Notes under the pieces: generated by a model
Told to the model about the DNA's origin: nothing
The model's input: only the letters and a program-made list of their open reading frames with translations
The model's database searches: none
Source of the DNA: Strigamia acuminata
Taxonomy: Eukaryota
Length of the DNA stretch: 64,000 nt
Direction: 5' to 3'
NCBI GenBank assembly: GCA_949358305.1
Contig: OX442314.1
Span: forward strand, 18,042,001-18,106,000
Translations under genes and position numbers: made by a program
Shown: piece by piece, positions 12,501-26,394 of the stretch
How positions within the stretch are numbered: the stretch's first letter is position 1
Layout: each line of letters begins with the position of its first letter

Positions 12501-14553
12501 CTGTTTTACGCCAAAATCTATAAAATTCTCTGCATGTGTTTTCTTTATTACAGTAGTAGTTCACAGGCATTCGACCACGCATGTGTTGCACCATCGTGTT
12601 ATTGATCAATGGTATTGAACCCACTGCAATCGACCAACGCACAAACTACGTAAACCAAATTGGAATTACGATTTAAGCTCACAATTTCGCTCTATTTTTA
12701 TTTTCCCTCCTATAAAAGAGTTTTTTAGTAGAAAAAAAAAATACTTGGCTTTTAAAAATTGTGGAAAACGAACCGAAGCGTATAAATTTCATTTTCACTA
12801 CAAAGGGCAAAACATAATCTTCTTTCTTTTGAAACTAATTATATCTCTATTACTTCCGGCAGTTTTTCTGCAATGACGTCAAGGAAGTTTCTGTAAAATG
12901 CCCGAAAAAATATTAATAAGAATAAAGTGCTTTTAGTCATGAATTCTTCTCAAAGTAAGTTTCCAGCATTTCAAAGGAGACCAAATCCCGTTGTAAATAA
13001 AATGAGGTCGTTAGCACATAACTAATGGCTCGCCTACTGTATAATAAGGAAATCAAATCAATTTTCATTGCCTGTGACTAACAAGAAAAGCAACTCCAAT
13101 GTTTCCAATTTATCATTCCTCGCGGATACAACGTCAAATATTTACGAAAACACAACTTTTTTTTATTTATTTATCACTGACAAAGCAAAAAATCCTGCTT
13201 CAGCCGTCAATTCATCTGGAATCAAACAATGGCCGCGGCTCAAGTTAACATTTCGTAAGAAAATGACAGTTTTATTAAGAAATTCTACTCCCCACGTACA
13301 CAACTGGAAGCTCGTTCTGACGTTCATTGCAATATGATACGATTACTTTGATCCTGACTGAACTGTCAAAAACACTAAGCTAATTTCCTACCTCGTAACC
13401 GTAACAACAAATTTATTTATAACTACAAATATATTTTCTGCCATTTCACATATAAAATGAATTTTCTGAGCCAACTGTCACCCCCAACAGTCACCTGAAC
13501 AGTTTTGTGACCATAAAATTGCACTTGACCACATAGTAATTGTAAATTTTGCCAAGATATGAAGCAAAATATTAATTCTATAAAGAACAAGTTAAGTCGC
13601 TTATTGCGTATCCAATTAATTTACTTAATTTATTGTTCTTTCCCACAGAAAATTGCTACACCTTCTGTATCACATACAGTAGATCTTGGACGAACAAGAG
13701 TAGATAAAAGTTCAGCTTCTTCACCAACAAAATTGTTGGTTTAACTTCCGGTCTGGTCACTATGGATTGAACTGAGGATCAGGTCTGTAAATAGCCCGGA
13801 AGGAGAGCACGCCACTTTGATTTTATTCTTTAAAGCACTATTTTTATACTTGATTTTTCAGAAAATAAGGCAAGATAAGGATAAAGTAAAAATAAAACAT
13901 ATTATTATTCAGCAAACAGAGTGCAGCAAGCAGCAAACGGCCCTGTTCCCGGAGAATCAAAGACTCAATCCGCAGCATCCCTGATGGGCAGATGCATTGC
14001 AAACTTGCTATCAAAAACTTCCTACGGAACACGAACTGATGTACAAAACTGAATGTCAAATTGGCGAATTTAATTTGAAATCCAATTCCTAACACGGCAA
14101 CATACACAGCATAAACTTAGCATATTATCGCCTAATTGAAATCAAAGGTTCCGGATACAATCAAATAGCAAAAGAAATTTAAATTTCCCCCTCACTTACA
14201 AGGGGAGAGCACCAATAAGCTATCACAGATTGTTATAATATTAAACAAGAAGGATTGTTATATCATGCTGAATGAGACCCTAAAATAATTTTATTCCATA
14301 GACAGCCAACAATGCAAACAATGAGCTCAAAGTTGGCACTATTTTGTCTGTGTATACATCAAATCTGAGCAATCAGGCCTAGTGTATGAATACTGTAAAC
14401 AACAGTTGCTAGGTAAAAAATAGTCCCAAGATCCAAGTTCAATTTTATCATTTGAGATTCAATGATGTCATTTCCTCTTTTGATATCACATGACATATGA
14501 CATCAGAACTTTGTTCAACAACATGACTGTCTTCATGAAGACAATAATAGTTT

Positions 14554-14625
14554 GTAGTGGTGGTCCAGTGGTTCAGGCAATGGACTAGGAATCTTTCCAC
14601 ACAGGTTCAAATCCTGGTGTGTGTG
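14554..14625 (+). ncRNA. tRNA-derived Pol III unit (pseudo-tRNA / SINE-head-like) in left palindrome arm
   Basis: A box TGGTCCAGTGG (14561-14571), B box GGTTCAAATCC (14604-14614) with paired T-arm CAGG/CCTG, 72 nt, followed by a T run; acceptor stem does not pair. Confidence 0.6.
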
Positions 14626-14790
14626 AAAATTTTTTACTTTTATTTTTTAATTTTTTTTAGCAGTAATTTTAATGTTTGTAATTTTATGTTTGTTAAAAAA
14701 TTAAAATTAATTAATTAAAGTTTTCTAAAAACAAACATAAAATTACAAACATTAAAATTACTGCTAAAAAAAAATAAAGTAAAAAATTTT

Positions 14791-14862
14791 CACACACACC
14801 AGGATTTGAACCTGTGTGGAAAGATTCCTAGTCCATTGCCTGAACCACTGGACCACCACTAC
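14791..14862 (-). ncRNA. Mirror copy of the tRNA-derived unit in right palindrome arm
   Basis: Exact reverse complement of 14554-14625. Confidence 0.6.
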
Positions 14863-17800
14863 AAACTATTATTGTCTTCATGAAGACAGTCATGTTGTTG
14901 AACAAAGTTCTGATGTCATATGTCATGTGATATCAAAAGAGGAAATGACATCATTGAATCTCAAATGATAAAATTGAACTTGGATCTTGGGACTATTTTT
15001 TACCTAGCAACTGTTGTTTACAGTATTCATACACTAGGCCTGATTGCTCAGATTTGATGTATACACAGACAAAATAGTGCCAACTTTGAGCTCATTGTTT
15101 GCATTGTTGGCTGTCTATGGAATAAAATTATTTTAGGGTCTCATTCAGCATGATATAACAATCCTTCTTGTTTAATATTATAACAATCTGTGATAGCTTA
15201 TTGGTGCTCTCCCCTTGTTAGATCATTTAAAATAATAAAGGTCGCTTCACGTCTCTTAAAACCAAGAAACTAAAAAAAAATAAAAATAAATCCATATAAT
15301 CCATTTACCTTTCCCCATAAATCAGTTCCGTTTTAATTCCCACCTTGCAGTCATTAGCAAAAATGAACCGCCGTAACATTTAGTCATAATTAAAGAAGTC
15401 CTTCAGAGCGAGTGTCCGCAACGTGAAGACCAAGCAACCAACCAACCAACCACCGCAGCAGCTGCGCTTCTCATAATAGTCGAAGGGGAGTGAGTGGAAA
15501 TCTCGACAAACATTCGGATTGAAAGGTAGGTCATTTTCGATGTTCACGGTCAAATGCACTTTCTGCAATCAACTGGTTTCTAATGCCCACCATCAATTTC
15601 TTTTCACATACCAACTTCCGGTGTTAGCAAACCCTCAAAACTTGTCTTTTAACTCCCTTTTGCAAGCAACGCCAAGCATTTGTTCGATCATCCTATAATT
15701 TTCCTTCCACTCGGATGAGTTCGTGAGCACTTCAGACAGGAAGCCGAGATTCTTTAAAACACAAAATGGACTCTTTCTCGACCGACCAACGTCTATCATC
15801 TCGCGCAGCTGGAACTGTTCCCAAAACTCAATCATACAAGACGTTGAAACGGCCTACGGCGCGCATCAGCGTACATGACGCCTACATTTACGCCTAAATA
15901 AATTTATATTCCTCATGTTTCCCGAATGTTGGAAAGCCAAAACCAATATAGATAACATTTTTAAAGTTTCTCACTTTTAAAAACCATCCAACTTGAGCAA
16001 AAACATACGGTAAACAAACATTTAACTTGCAGCTCGTCAATATTGGCTCGATAAACTAACGAACTAGGACCCACACGTGTTTACTTACACAACATGTTTT
16101 TCTATCCCCCATTAGAGTTTAGCCAACGAGGAGAATGTTTGCTTGCATATAACTTGTAGCAACAAATGAGATAAAAGCTGCCATGTTTGTCCTCCAAAGT
16201 TAGCAGTTTCTAATCCTTTCTTACCTCGTTAAATTTGCATACTATCAATGTGTCATCGCCTATAACTTATTCCAAATCAACAAGGATTTCTGTAATTGCA
16301 ACTCACTTAATCCCTCAGTTTACCAATCGACTAGTAATTACTTCTATCTTAATCGGGTTTGGCCCTATCTATTTTTATGCAAACTGAATAACGGCTGACG
16401 GAATGATGCATTTAGCATTATCTACAAATTAACGAGCTTGTAGATAAATTCAAAGAAATCCATGAACATTACAGTAATCTGCGACCAAAATCCCAGATTC
16501 TACGAGATCACTACATTTACATGCCAAAGATATCCGGAGATTCCGAGTTTGAACTCTTGAAAAAATGTTCCTGTTGACGCGGTCAGGAACATTTTTTCAA
16601 GAGTTCAAAGATTCCATGTTTGTTTTCCAGCACGCTTGTTGATTTCCTACTAAAAACAGCAATCTAATCGAACATTTCGCAGTAAAATATTGCACTACCG
16701 TAAAATATCGCGGTTGAAAAGCAAAAAAAAATTCTACTTCGCACTTTTCTTGAGATATCTGATATCTGCAATTCTTCACCTCCTAAATTCCCAATCCATA
16801 CATTCATGCGTTCAAGGTTCTTCTTTTTCTCCAATTTGATTTAAAACATCGATACAAAACCTAACTCGAGCGAATGCATCACGTGTTTGTGACAGGAAGC
16901 AAATTCCCTTAAATTTAAAAAGATGATCTTCAATTTTAAACTAAAATACAATTTTAAAAAATACCGGTAACCGAACTTTTTATTACTTTAATATTACCAA
17001 TAAACCATCATGATGTTAGTATCAGTGATTGCTTGTGACAAGGAAATCTATAAATTCGCCCACATTTTACTCTTCGAAAATTTGATTCTTTTTTTCCCTA
17101 TCAAACTCCTGACACTGATAAACTATCTCAATGTCCATACCACTATCTCCTTAGTAAAAGACAATGTCCAATCTCCTCATCTTCGAGTCAATGGGAATAA
17201 AAGAACGAACCGCCAATGGGCCATATTCGAATTGCAAGTTGGGACGATCTTACTCCCAACACTATTCAATATACATTTTTTTTTGTTCCCTATGGTTTTA
17301 CTGAACGTGGGAACAAAACTGCTGAGTACAGGTAGAAGAGTGGAAAGCCCAAAGCTGCGAAAAAAAAAGTTTTTCGTGAAAGAAAAATTGACTATTTTAA
17401 AGAAAAAATTTCTTTTTCTTTTTATTATTATTAAAAAAAAAAGAAAAAAAGATCATTTTGAAATAAATGTACGTAGACGATCATTTTAAGCAAATATTAT
17501 ACTTGTTAATTGCCAGTCGTTTTAAAAATTACTTCTTTTTGAAATTAGTTTTACAAAAGAAGTTCAAGAAGAAAAGAAATTAGCAGAACAAGAGCAATTT
17601 TCATTCATGTTTTCTGACTATTTACCGACATAATAAATTTGAAATCGTATTCGCATCAATTTGAATAGTTAGACACGGCTTCATCAGTTGGCGAATAAAT
17701 AAATTCAAATGCGCCATTGTTCAAATTCTCATTACAATAAATTACGCGCTGTATTTTAATGGAATTGCCGATGATCTTCCCCCCCCCCCCTACCCCTTTC

Positions 17801-18631
17801 ATTTAAATTCACACTATTATTTCTCATTACATTCCCAGCAATATTATTTCCCTTTTGTGAGATATTAAAAATCTATTATGGTATTTTAATTTACAGTAAT
17901 ACAGCACACAAAAAGATGATTTCAGAGATGATATGAAAACATTTATTTGTCACCTGAGCGCTGCAAATAGCAATTTATTTCCTCGTCTAAATCATATGTG
18001 ACAAAAGCATTCAATGTCCTCAGGTGTGGCAAATTAAATTTCAAATAAAATAAAAAAAAAGGAAAATAAAATGTAAAATATGCTTATCTGATAGAAAATG
18101 AAATTCTACAATGCGAAACATATTTTTTTTTCCTTTAAATAATTATTCTGACATTTAAGGCATTTGCACGATATTAAACTCTCATTATCATTATTATTCA
18201 TTCAATGATTTACGATAATGTATTCATTAAAGTTGAAAACATCCAAAATATATCAACTAAAAATTATTTATCGCTAGAAAAAACTTTGGAAAGTTTAAAT
18301 CAGTGTCCAAAACACCTGCATTAACGTAAATAAATAACCACTCACCCAAATGTACGAAACTTCACTTTATCCTCTACTTCTATTTTTATTTTTGTTTTTA
18401 CAGCCAATCAGCATTGTGCAGAAAATTTAACTACGTATTACGTATTACCATATAAATGACGTCATTACATTTTAATGCAAGTGCAGTGCATGTTTTTAGG
18501 CATTTTAATTCTGGATTTTGCCACCCAATAACCGTTATACCTAGTTCCAATGAAAGCCACGGTCAATCTAAGCAGCACTAACATTAGACATTGACAAAAC
18601 CATCTGAATATATTGACAACATTGCAAAGGC

Positions 18632-18738
18632 GCATTCGTCAAGTCATTTAAACTTGTTTATATTTATTAAACCAGTCTGAATGTAAAATTTAACGTAAAA
18701 TTCTACATGTAAACAAGTTTAAATGACTTGCCGAATGC
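18632..18738. repeat. Short hairpin/MITE-like inverted repeat
   Basis: GCATTCGTCAAGTCATTTAAACTTGTTTA versus TAAACAAGTTTAAATGACTTGCCGAATGC (one mismatch). Confidence 0.55.
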
Positions 18739-18750
18739 AGTTACAGTATA

Positions 18751-18913
18751 CAGTCGAAACTCTTTATAACGAATCGCAAGGGACCCGAAAAATCGATTCA
18801 TTATAACGAGAATTCGTTATATCAAAATTTTTTAACCCGGTGTTCTATGGCCAGCCAACCAAACCGGCCATTTTTAGGTATTCGTTATATCGATAATTCG
18901 TTAGTTTCGACTG
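18751..18913. mobile_element. Tc1/mariner-pogo-type MITE
   Basis: TA|CAGTCGAAACT...AGTTTCGACTG|TA with internal TTCGTTATA repeats. Confidence 0.75.
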
Positions 18914-21045
18914 TATATCAATATATTTAGAAAAATAACTTTTTCTCTCTTCTTTTTTTATGTAAATCATGAATTCCAACATATTCAAAAAGCAGGTCAG
19001 CTTTATTTCGTAAAAAAACACCAGATGCAACAGAATTCATAATCTGCCCTTCATGTATCGAAATAGATAAAAATTTAAGATATCAAGTTTTTTTTTACAT
19101 GATATCTCGAATTTTTATCAAACTTTCATGGTTTCCGATCAATAACTCAGATGTTTATCAGTTATCACCAAACAGAGATAAACAAACCAAAAAAAATCGT
19201 TGTGTGTACAATAATTTGTCCCATTTACACGATTACCTTTATCTTCCAATATCAAACAAACTTTTTTTTGTTACTTTCCCCACAATAAACAAAAGAAGAA
19301 AAAAAGTTATTCCTATCAAAAACTTCCTTTATGACATCAAATTGCTAGTTGAGAGAAAGCATGAAAAATTGCTGGCACAATACTACAACACTAATGACTG
19401 CAGAAAAGTAGTTAAGAATGGTTTGTTGTTACCTGCGGCAGCATGCAATCACCTATCCTGTCGTCTTGTGACTAGTACACATGATTTTCTTTCTTTTAAT
19501 TTCACTCGGTATGGGGTGGTAGGAACGGTGAACATTGGCAATTCTCTTGTAATTAGCTGGAAGAGGCAAACAAAAGAACTTTAAAAACCAATTAATGTGA
19601 TATTGCGAGCGGAGTCCTTTTGCCTGGCATCTTGCCATAGACAAGACAAGAACAAACCAGCAAGTGTTTGCTTGCCAACTCCCTACTGGATATATTCCCT
19701 TTTGGGGTTTGTCATGTGACTTTATCCGATATATGATAAAAAATATAGCTTCATTAGCCCTTTACGTGTTAACCCTAGTGAGTCATTTATTTCCTGAAAA
19801 CTCGTGCATAATGTACATTTTTTTTCGCTTTTTTTTCTTTTTCTTTCTTTCTGGTAAACGTTGTGAATTTTTCATTCGGCTGGAAATGTAGTTAAAATCA
19901 AATTAGCTAAAAGGATAAGGAAAGGAAATAAATCAATATAGAATGGTAAAATAAAATAGGAAATGTCAATTCAAATATTTATTGTGTTAAATCCTCATTG
20001 AATATATTTCCAGCACCAATTTCTTGTTTGAAATTTGAAGAAAAATGGAAAATAAATAAATAAGTGAATACATTTTTCAGAGAAATTCTTTTTTAAATTG
20101 AGTCAGGCTTGAAAATGTTACCAAACAAAGTTTAAATTCGAGACAATCTGCACGAGATTTGACAGAAAAAATTGCCTTAGACGTGCTGCAAATAAAGTTG
20201 TGCTCATAAATTCGTGAAAGAGAACGGTGAGTGAAACAACACTTAAAAGTAAAAATAACTGACGTAAATTGTGTCATTTCAAGTTGAGGATCGTGAGTTG
20301 AAAGCATGCCTCTTTCTTGAGGAGTATCTCGTCCGCAGTCACATACACAGAGCACTTAAACATTCTGATCTGTGAAATAACTCATTCATGATACAATATG
20401 CTTGTTTACCTGTACGTTTCCGTGTGTTCGTCTGGCATTTTTCCAGGAAGATCAAGCATGCCGTGCGAAGACTCTTCGCAATCTTTTCAGCTCGCCTTCA
20501 TGTTGATAAGCGAAATGTATGATGGGATTGATAAATTGCGACATCTGTTGCCCAAATGTTTTAAAAATTTAAGTTTTATTTAAAACCGCGGATTTTAAGT
20601 ATGAATTAAGTAATTATAATAATTTAAAACCGCAGAATTTTATTTTAAAGATTAATTAGCTTTTTAAAAAGAACTTTTATTTGTCATTCAACATTACTTT
20701 ATTCAAATTAGCAACTGTTTGAATAAGAAAACTAGCAAAAAGTTTTCAAAATTATTTTCAGCCATCACAGAAAATTAGACTGAAAAAAAATCAAATAAAT
20801 AATAACCACTAGCAAGCTATCAATAACCAAATACAAAAATATGCTTATTATATTATATTATCGACTGATACAGACAGATAAATGTATCCAAGTCTCAAGT
20901 TTATCTCGTGACGGAGTTTATAGTTAATTTTTACAAAATTTTGTAGGCAAAATTCATTCCGTCAATGCGAACAATCGGACGCAATAAAAACACAAACGAA
21001 TAAAAAAAAATTATATAATGCTTTTTGTAAATATAAATTCTGAAT

Positions 21046-24000
21046 TTATCTTTTCTTTGTTGTAGAAATTAGTCGCTGAGAATTCGATCGAGTCATTTTT
21101 TGATTGGAAGCAACAGATGGAAGCAGTGACTGTTTTTTCCCATGTCCAATCGATCGAGGTAAAGTGGCTGCTCTATCACTCACTCTGCTCGCTTTTTCGT
21201 GCACAACTATTACGGATTGACTCATAGGTGGATGGTCGTCTGTCACGCAAAAGCACAATTAATTAAACCATTATCACTCCTAAAAAAATCAATTCAAACA
21301 TCAATGTATTAATGTTTATTAACCCTTTGTTTTATTTCTTCGACAATTATAAGGACATCCATTCACTTCAGTAAGATGTTTTTTCCAACTTTCTTCACCA
21401 GGTGGAATATTGATGTGGCATAATGGACACCGACTTGAAACGTGTTCAGGTGGAGCGGCTGTTAATATAATTTCTGGATTAATATATATTTTTTTAATTT
21501 TTTTAATTAATTTGAACATTTACGATTGCACGATTTTAATTCGACGTGAGTTTGGTAGGAAGATTTTGGAATGGCTTCTAGACACCGGTCACATTTTTTA
21601 AAATCATCTTTGTTCGCGCATTCCATAAGCAGATGTATAGTAAAAGCAGCGATTTCAACTATCTGTAAATTGTCGTCATTATTTTGCTTTCCTCCTCTAT
21701 ATAAACAAATATTTATAATACCTGTCTGCAAAACCGGCATTTGATGAGCATCGGGCATGATTTCCAGTAATGAAAATCTAATCCTTCACTATTAAAACTA
21801 TCATTAACTTCTTCACAAAATATACAAGTTCTAAAATTAAAATAAAGTTTCATTCATATACGTACTTGATTCACTTAATAACATGTATACTTACTTATCT
21901 AATATTTCCATACTAATCAACTCATCCGGTATATCTTTACGAGGAGACTTTTCATTTGCTTTTAAATCTTTGTTGACAATTTTTACTTGTTTTTTATCCT
22001 GATTTAACCTAGTTTTTGGTGGATTTTGTTTGTCAATTTTGTCTAATTGCTCGTACAATTGTCTATATAAAATATTCCTTCTGGGCTTTTCGTCATCCAG
22101 TGGTAAATGTTTTCGAATCTCTTTGGCTGGTCGTTGTTTATACAAATAAATTATAATATGTTCTGCAATCTCCCTCACGGGTCCTAAAGGGTGTTGAAGA
22201 GCGGGAGCACAAAAATTCATTACAAGATCGACAGTAAGGTGCCCTTGGATTCCTTTTTTCATGACCAACTGCTCCACTAATTCCGCCCTGCTCTGAGCCA
22301 ATCTTGGCGTTACATTGCTTTGGATTGGACGGCAACACTGCGATGGAATATTGTGTAGTGATGCAAGTTCAGGAAATTCGGACATAGTGATAATATAGTT
22401 CATCGCTGCACCACGGATCCTCGGCGACTAGAAGGTACAATTAGCAGTAATAAAATGGCGAATTAAATTCATTTAACTTACATTGTCACCAAGGCGATTG
22501 ATCAACTCTGGAAGAACTTTATCCACTGCGATTGATAATTCATTTTTACTTATTCTGTACATTAAAATATTAAAAAATTAAAAATTAATTTTGATTATTA
22601 AAACGAGTTTCTTCTTAATTACTTGTTATTCTCTGGAAACCGCTTTAATAAACTTGTAAGAACGTTAATGGCTTGAGTAAATACCTTTTTCAAAAATATA
22701 TATATATGATTATTTGTTTGAATAATATTTCTCTCGTTAACTTACTGTTAGTACATTATCGTTAAGTGTTTTTAAAATAAGAAACAGTGCTGCTTTGAAC
22801 ATTTTTGTAGCTGAAACATCAAATTTTTCCAGACTGAAATCTCGTAAATGCTTTTGAATAGCTTTCAAAGCCAAGATCCGTTCAGAAAATGTTTTAGAAT
22901 ACGCATTTTCCACTAAATTCAATCCAAACACATCAACCGGTAAAACGGCTTCACGTCTGTCCCTATCTGATAACGTGTACTTTGAGTTCTTCAGAGCTTT
23001 GGTTGTGTCTTCGTCCGAGAGTTCTTCATCCATACCATTTCGTCTACAATGTAGTAACAAGCAGTTATTATCACTTGGTATTGAAAACAAAATTATATTT
23101 TCAATACTTTCTTAAAGCAGGTACTGTAGTATTTTCATAATCTTCAAAAGTATTTCCGGCATCTTCTTCAACAAAATAGTCATCGGCACCACTTTTTCCT
23201 GACAGAAGATCAGGCGATAAAGGTTTTTCTGCAGGCTCTGTTAACGATCATCAATCCAGGCAACCACAAGAATTTTGTTTCAAGAAATTAACTTACCATT
23301 TCGGGGTGATGGTGATGATTTTGGAGGCTAAAATTCAACAAAACAATAATTTATATTTCTTATTCAAATTTTTCAAGTTCAGACCTGATCGTCAAGCAGT
23401 TTATGCAATTCAAATTGAGCATAAACACCCATGCGATATTCTTCAATTTGGTGCTGTTTTTGTCTTGCTTTATCAAAATCACTCATGTCAGTTGCTTGCT
23501 TTTTCTCAATTTCGTACTTCCCAAGTTTTTCTCCCGCTTTGTGTAACTCAAAAGTAATGTTTTTTAGTTTTCTAGCAAAATCGTATTGTTCATCTAAAAA
23601 ACAAAATCGATTAGCAAAACAATTATTTTTTTTTTACAAAAAATTGTATATATATATATTAATAAATGTACCTGAGATAGCTGCTTGTTTTTTAGTTTCT
23701 AATTTTCTGATAATAAGCGCCACTTCAGCATCCTGATACATATCAAAAGCTAAATCATCAAGCGGCGATATTATATCAGATTTTCGTTGATTTATTGCGC
23801 TAGCTTCATTCGTTGAGTAATTAACGTCATAATCATCACCAATAACATTAACAGCTACTAGTCCCACCTGAGATAACATTTTTTTGAAAGGTTACTACAA
23901 TGATTTGACAGTTTAAACGTTCGCCACTACCTGATTGCAAAGATTGTGCCTATTGACATAATTTTTATGTAGTATAAATTTGACGAATATTCCGATTGCG

Positions 24001-24575
24001 TCCACGTGAACTGATTTCAGTTCGCGTGCTTTATAATTTGTACCTTCATTATCCGATAAAGTCACCGACCTTGTAAAAAAAAAGAACGGCTATTAAAAAT
24101 CCAATAAATATCAATGTTTACAGTACCCAAGTAATTGATAAACAGCATTTTGAGATGCCACAATTGTATTATCATCTACCATATCTCCGACTAATAAATC
24201 TATTTTTGTTGCTAAAAATTAATTAAAAAAAGAAAAAAAAAATTTAAATTATTTAAGGAATATTTTTTTTTTAAATTTAAAGATAATGGATTTACCTATA
24301 AGAAACTGATGCGATAACATTTGAATTTTACATATTTTTGTGCGACTGTCCAACTGGATGGTGAGTTCTTGTGGATAAATGCAAAATCTAGGATATGGAT
24401 AAACACGCATAAACATGTTTAGTTAAACATTTCAATTTGACGCATTACATTTCAAGATGTACTTTGGGGAATGCCATCCTTGAATTGTTGGTCCATGAGT
24501 ATTCAACTCTTTAGCTCGAAATTTTTCATCTTCGCCAGAAACAGAAGCAACTCGAAAAACTATTTTGTGCGGCAT
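21046..24575 (-). CDS. CEP104: Centrosomal protein of 104 kDa (multi-exon)
   Basis: N-terminus MPHKIVFRVASVSGEDEKFRAKELNTHGPTIQGW; QVGLVAVNVIG; ISPLDDLAFDMYQD; TOG-like middle; C-terminal Zn fingers RCPLCHINIPPGEESWKKHL; last exon (21240-21046) less certain. Confidence 0.93.
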
Positions 24576-26394
24576 CACCTACCGTTGCATTGGTTTAACA
24601 TGCTAAAAATAAATCAATTATGATCGAATTTTATCAATGAAGCCCAAAGCTCAGTGTTGATTAGATCACAAAATTAATCTATTCTGCTTAAAAAACAAAG
24701 AAATTAAGACGAACATGGAGACCAAACGCATAAACAACACGAGTGACGTAAGACTGCCGTGCAGTGAAGCATCCGTGGGGTGCTTTTCAGTCGTTAGCAA
24801 CTTGAATGTGAAAACCCATACGGCAGTAACAGTAATAACAATAAACCATTAGAATTTGTAGAATCAGATTCAAGGCCTGATAAATCGTTAATTTATTTAC
24901 GTAATTTTCCGACAATTCAACGCCAGTTACTCAATGATAAATAATTTAATGAATAATCAGAATCGCCTGTCTCACGTCAATGATTGCAATGTGTAATCAT
25001 CTCTACTCGGAAGTTGTAGGAATTCCAGTAAAGCCTCATTTCCATCAATATTTTCCTTTTCACTTGCCAATTTCCATCTCAGCCTAATAATTCATCGATT
25101 ACACAATCTGTTAATCACAGTTTTTAACTCGACAGATTTACTTTTTCTTCTATATATCATTTTTTTAAAAAGTATTCTCGAAACAATTACCCAACTGCAA
25201 TTCAACTTTCTTTAATACTTTTAAAATATTAAAATAAGCTTAGATCATTATATAACACAATGACTCACTTGGGTTTTTGGATTAAACAACGGAGAGCAAT
25301 AGCATGCAGCAAACACTTTAGCGTTTTCTATTATTTAGGCCTACCTAAAAAAAAAATCAATAGAAAAAGCGTGGTTAATTTTTCAAAGAAAGCAAAATTG
25401 AATTGTGAAATATTTTAAAATTCTGTGAATAAATATGTATTTGAAAAATAACCTGCCTTGGGTATGGAGATGTTACTAGGACCACGCGCTGGAATCTATT
25501 GATTTGGCTCTTCCCCTGCCCCTCTCAATGGTTCGGTTCCAGTTTTCTGCCTCTCAGCCCTCTGCCACCAGAAGATTCATTGGATGTGGCCCTCTCTGCC
25601 AATTACACCTTGGCTCATTGCCGTTTTTTTTCTGTTCTACTTTGTTTTGACCCATTTTTCTTTTTATTATTATTATTTCGACACACTTAATCCTTTGTGA
25701 ACCATAAAATGATGATTTATTTCAGTATAGTTAGTGCAAGATATATCGAAACTATGATAATCTCTAATCAACTATAAACGGTTCAAACTCTATACGACAA
25801 ATACAAATTAAAAGTCCATACAAATTTGATTTACTTCAATTCTAATCTACCTTTCTGATGTGATTTAAATACAAGTGTATTAAATTAAACTTTTGATCCA
25901 AAGAAAGCAACTAAAATGTTTAGCAGTTGTGTAAAGCACGTTCAAATGTCTTAAATATTAAAAAACGTACAAATTTCGAGTACATTAGAGTATAATAAAA
26001 TGCAATAGTGCATTCAACAGTTGTAAAATACTACACAATTAGCAAAAACGTGTTTAAAAATGTGGGCTATAACTATGAAGACGTAGTTTGAATATAAATT
26101 ACGTAAAACCGACATTCAATTTACCTCAAGTAATAATAAATAACAAAACAAACCAAACATCATCATCACTTCTCAAAATCCTTAAATTAACCACGTAAAT
26201 TAGACGGAAAAATATAATTAGCTGCCATGTTTTAAGTACTTTGTATCTCCGTAATTTTGAGCAACTTTAAAATTGCATTTCCAAACATGCAAATCAAAGT
26301 CCAAAAAACTTGAAAGACAAAGTAGTGTAATGGTTAAAAATGAACCGAACGCGTAAAGCAAAATTGTATAAAGAAGTGATGCAAATCCGCATCA

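Larger units (their letters stand above)
14199..15217. mobile_element. Near-perfect 1.02-kb palindromic (foldback) non-autonomous element
   Basis: Arms of about 495 bp (CAAGGGGAGAGCACC...GGTGCTCTCCCCTTG) identical except in an A/T run; AT-rich spacer about 14695-14728; TTA on both flanks (14196-14198, 15218-15220). Confidence 0.88.

Noticed and set aside
14554..14625. Functional tRNA-Pro(AGG) gene
   Set aside because: Acceptor stem cannot pair and the anticodon stem is imperfect; kept only as tRNA-derived
15343..15835. Possible alternative first exon of the large minus-strand gene
   Set aside because: Only a weak donor and short ORFs; cannot be supported
17010..19584. 159-aa and 161-aa ORFs
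   Set aside because: Low-complexity AT-rich translations without homology
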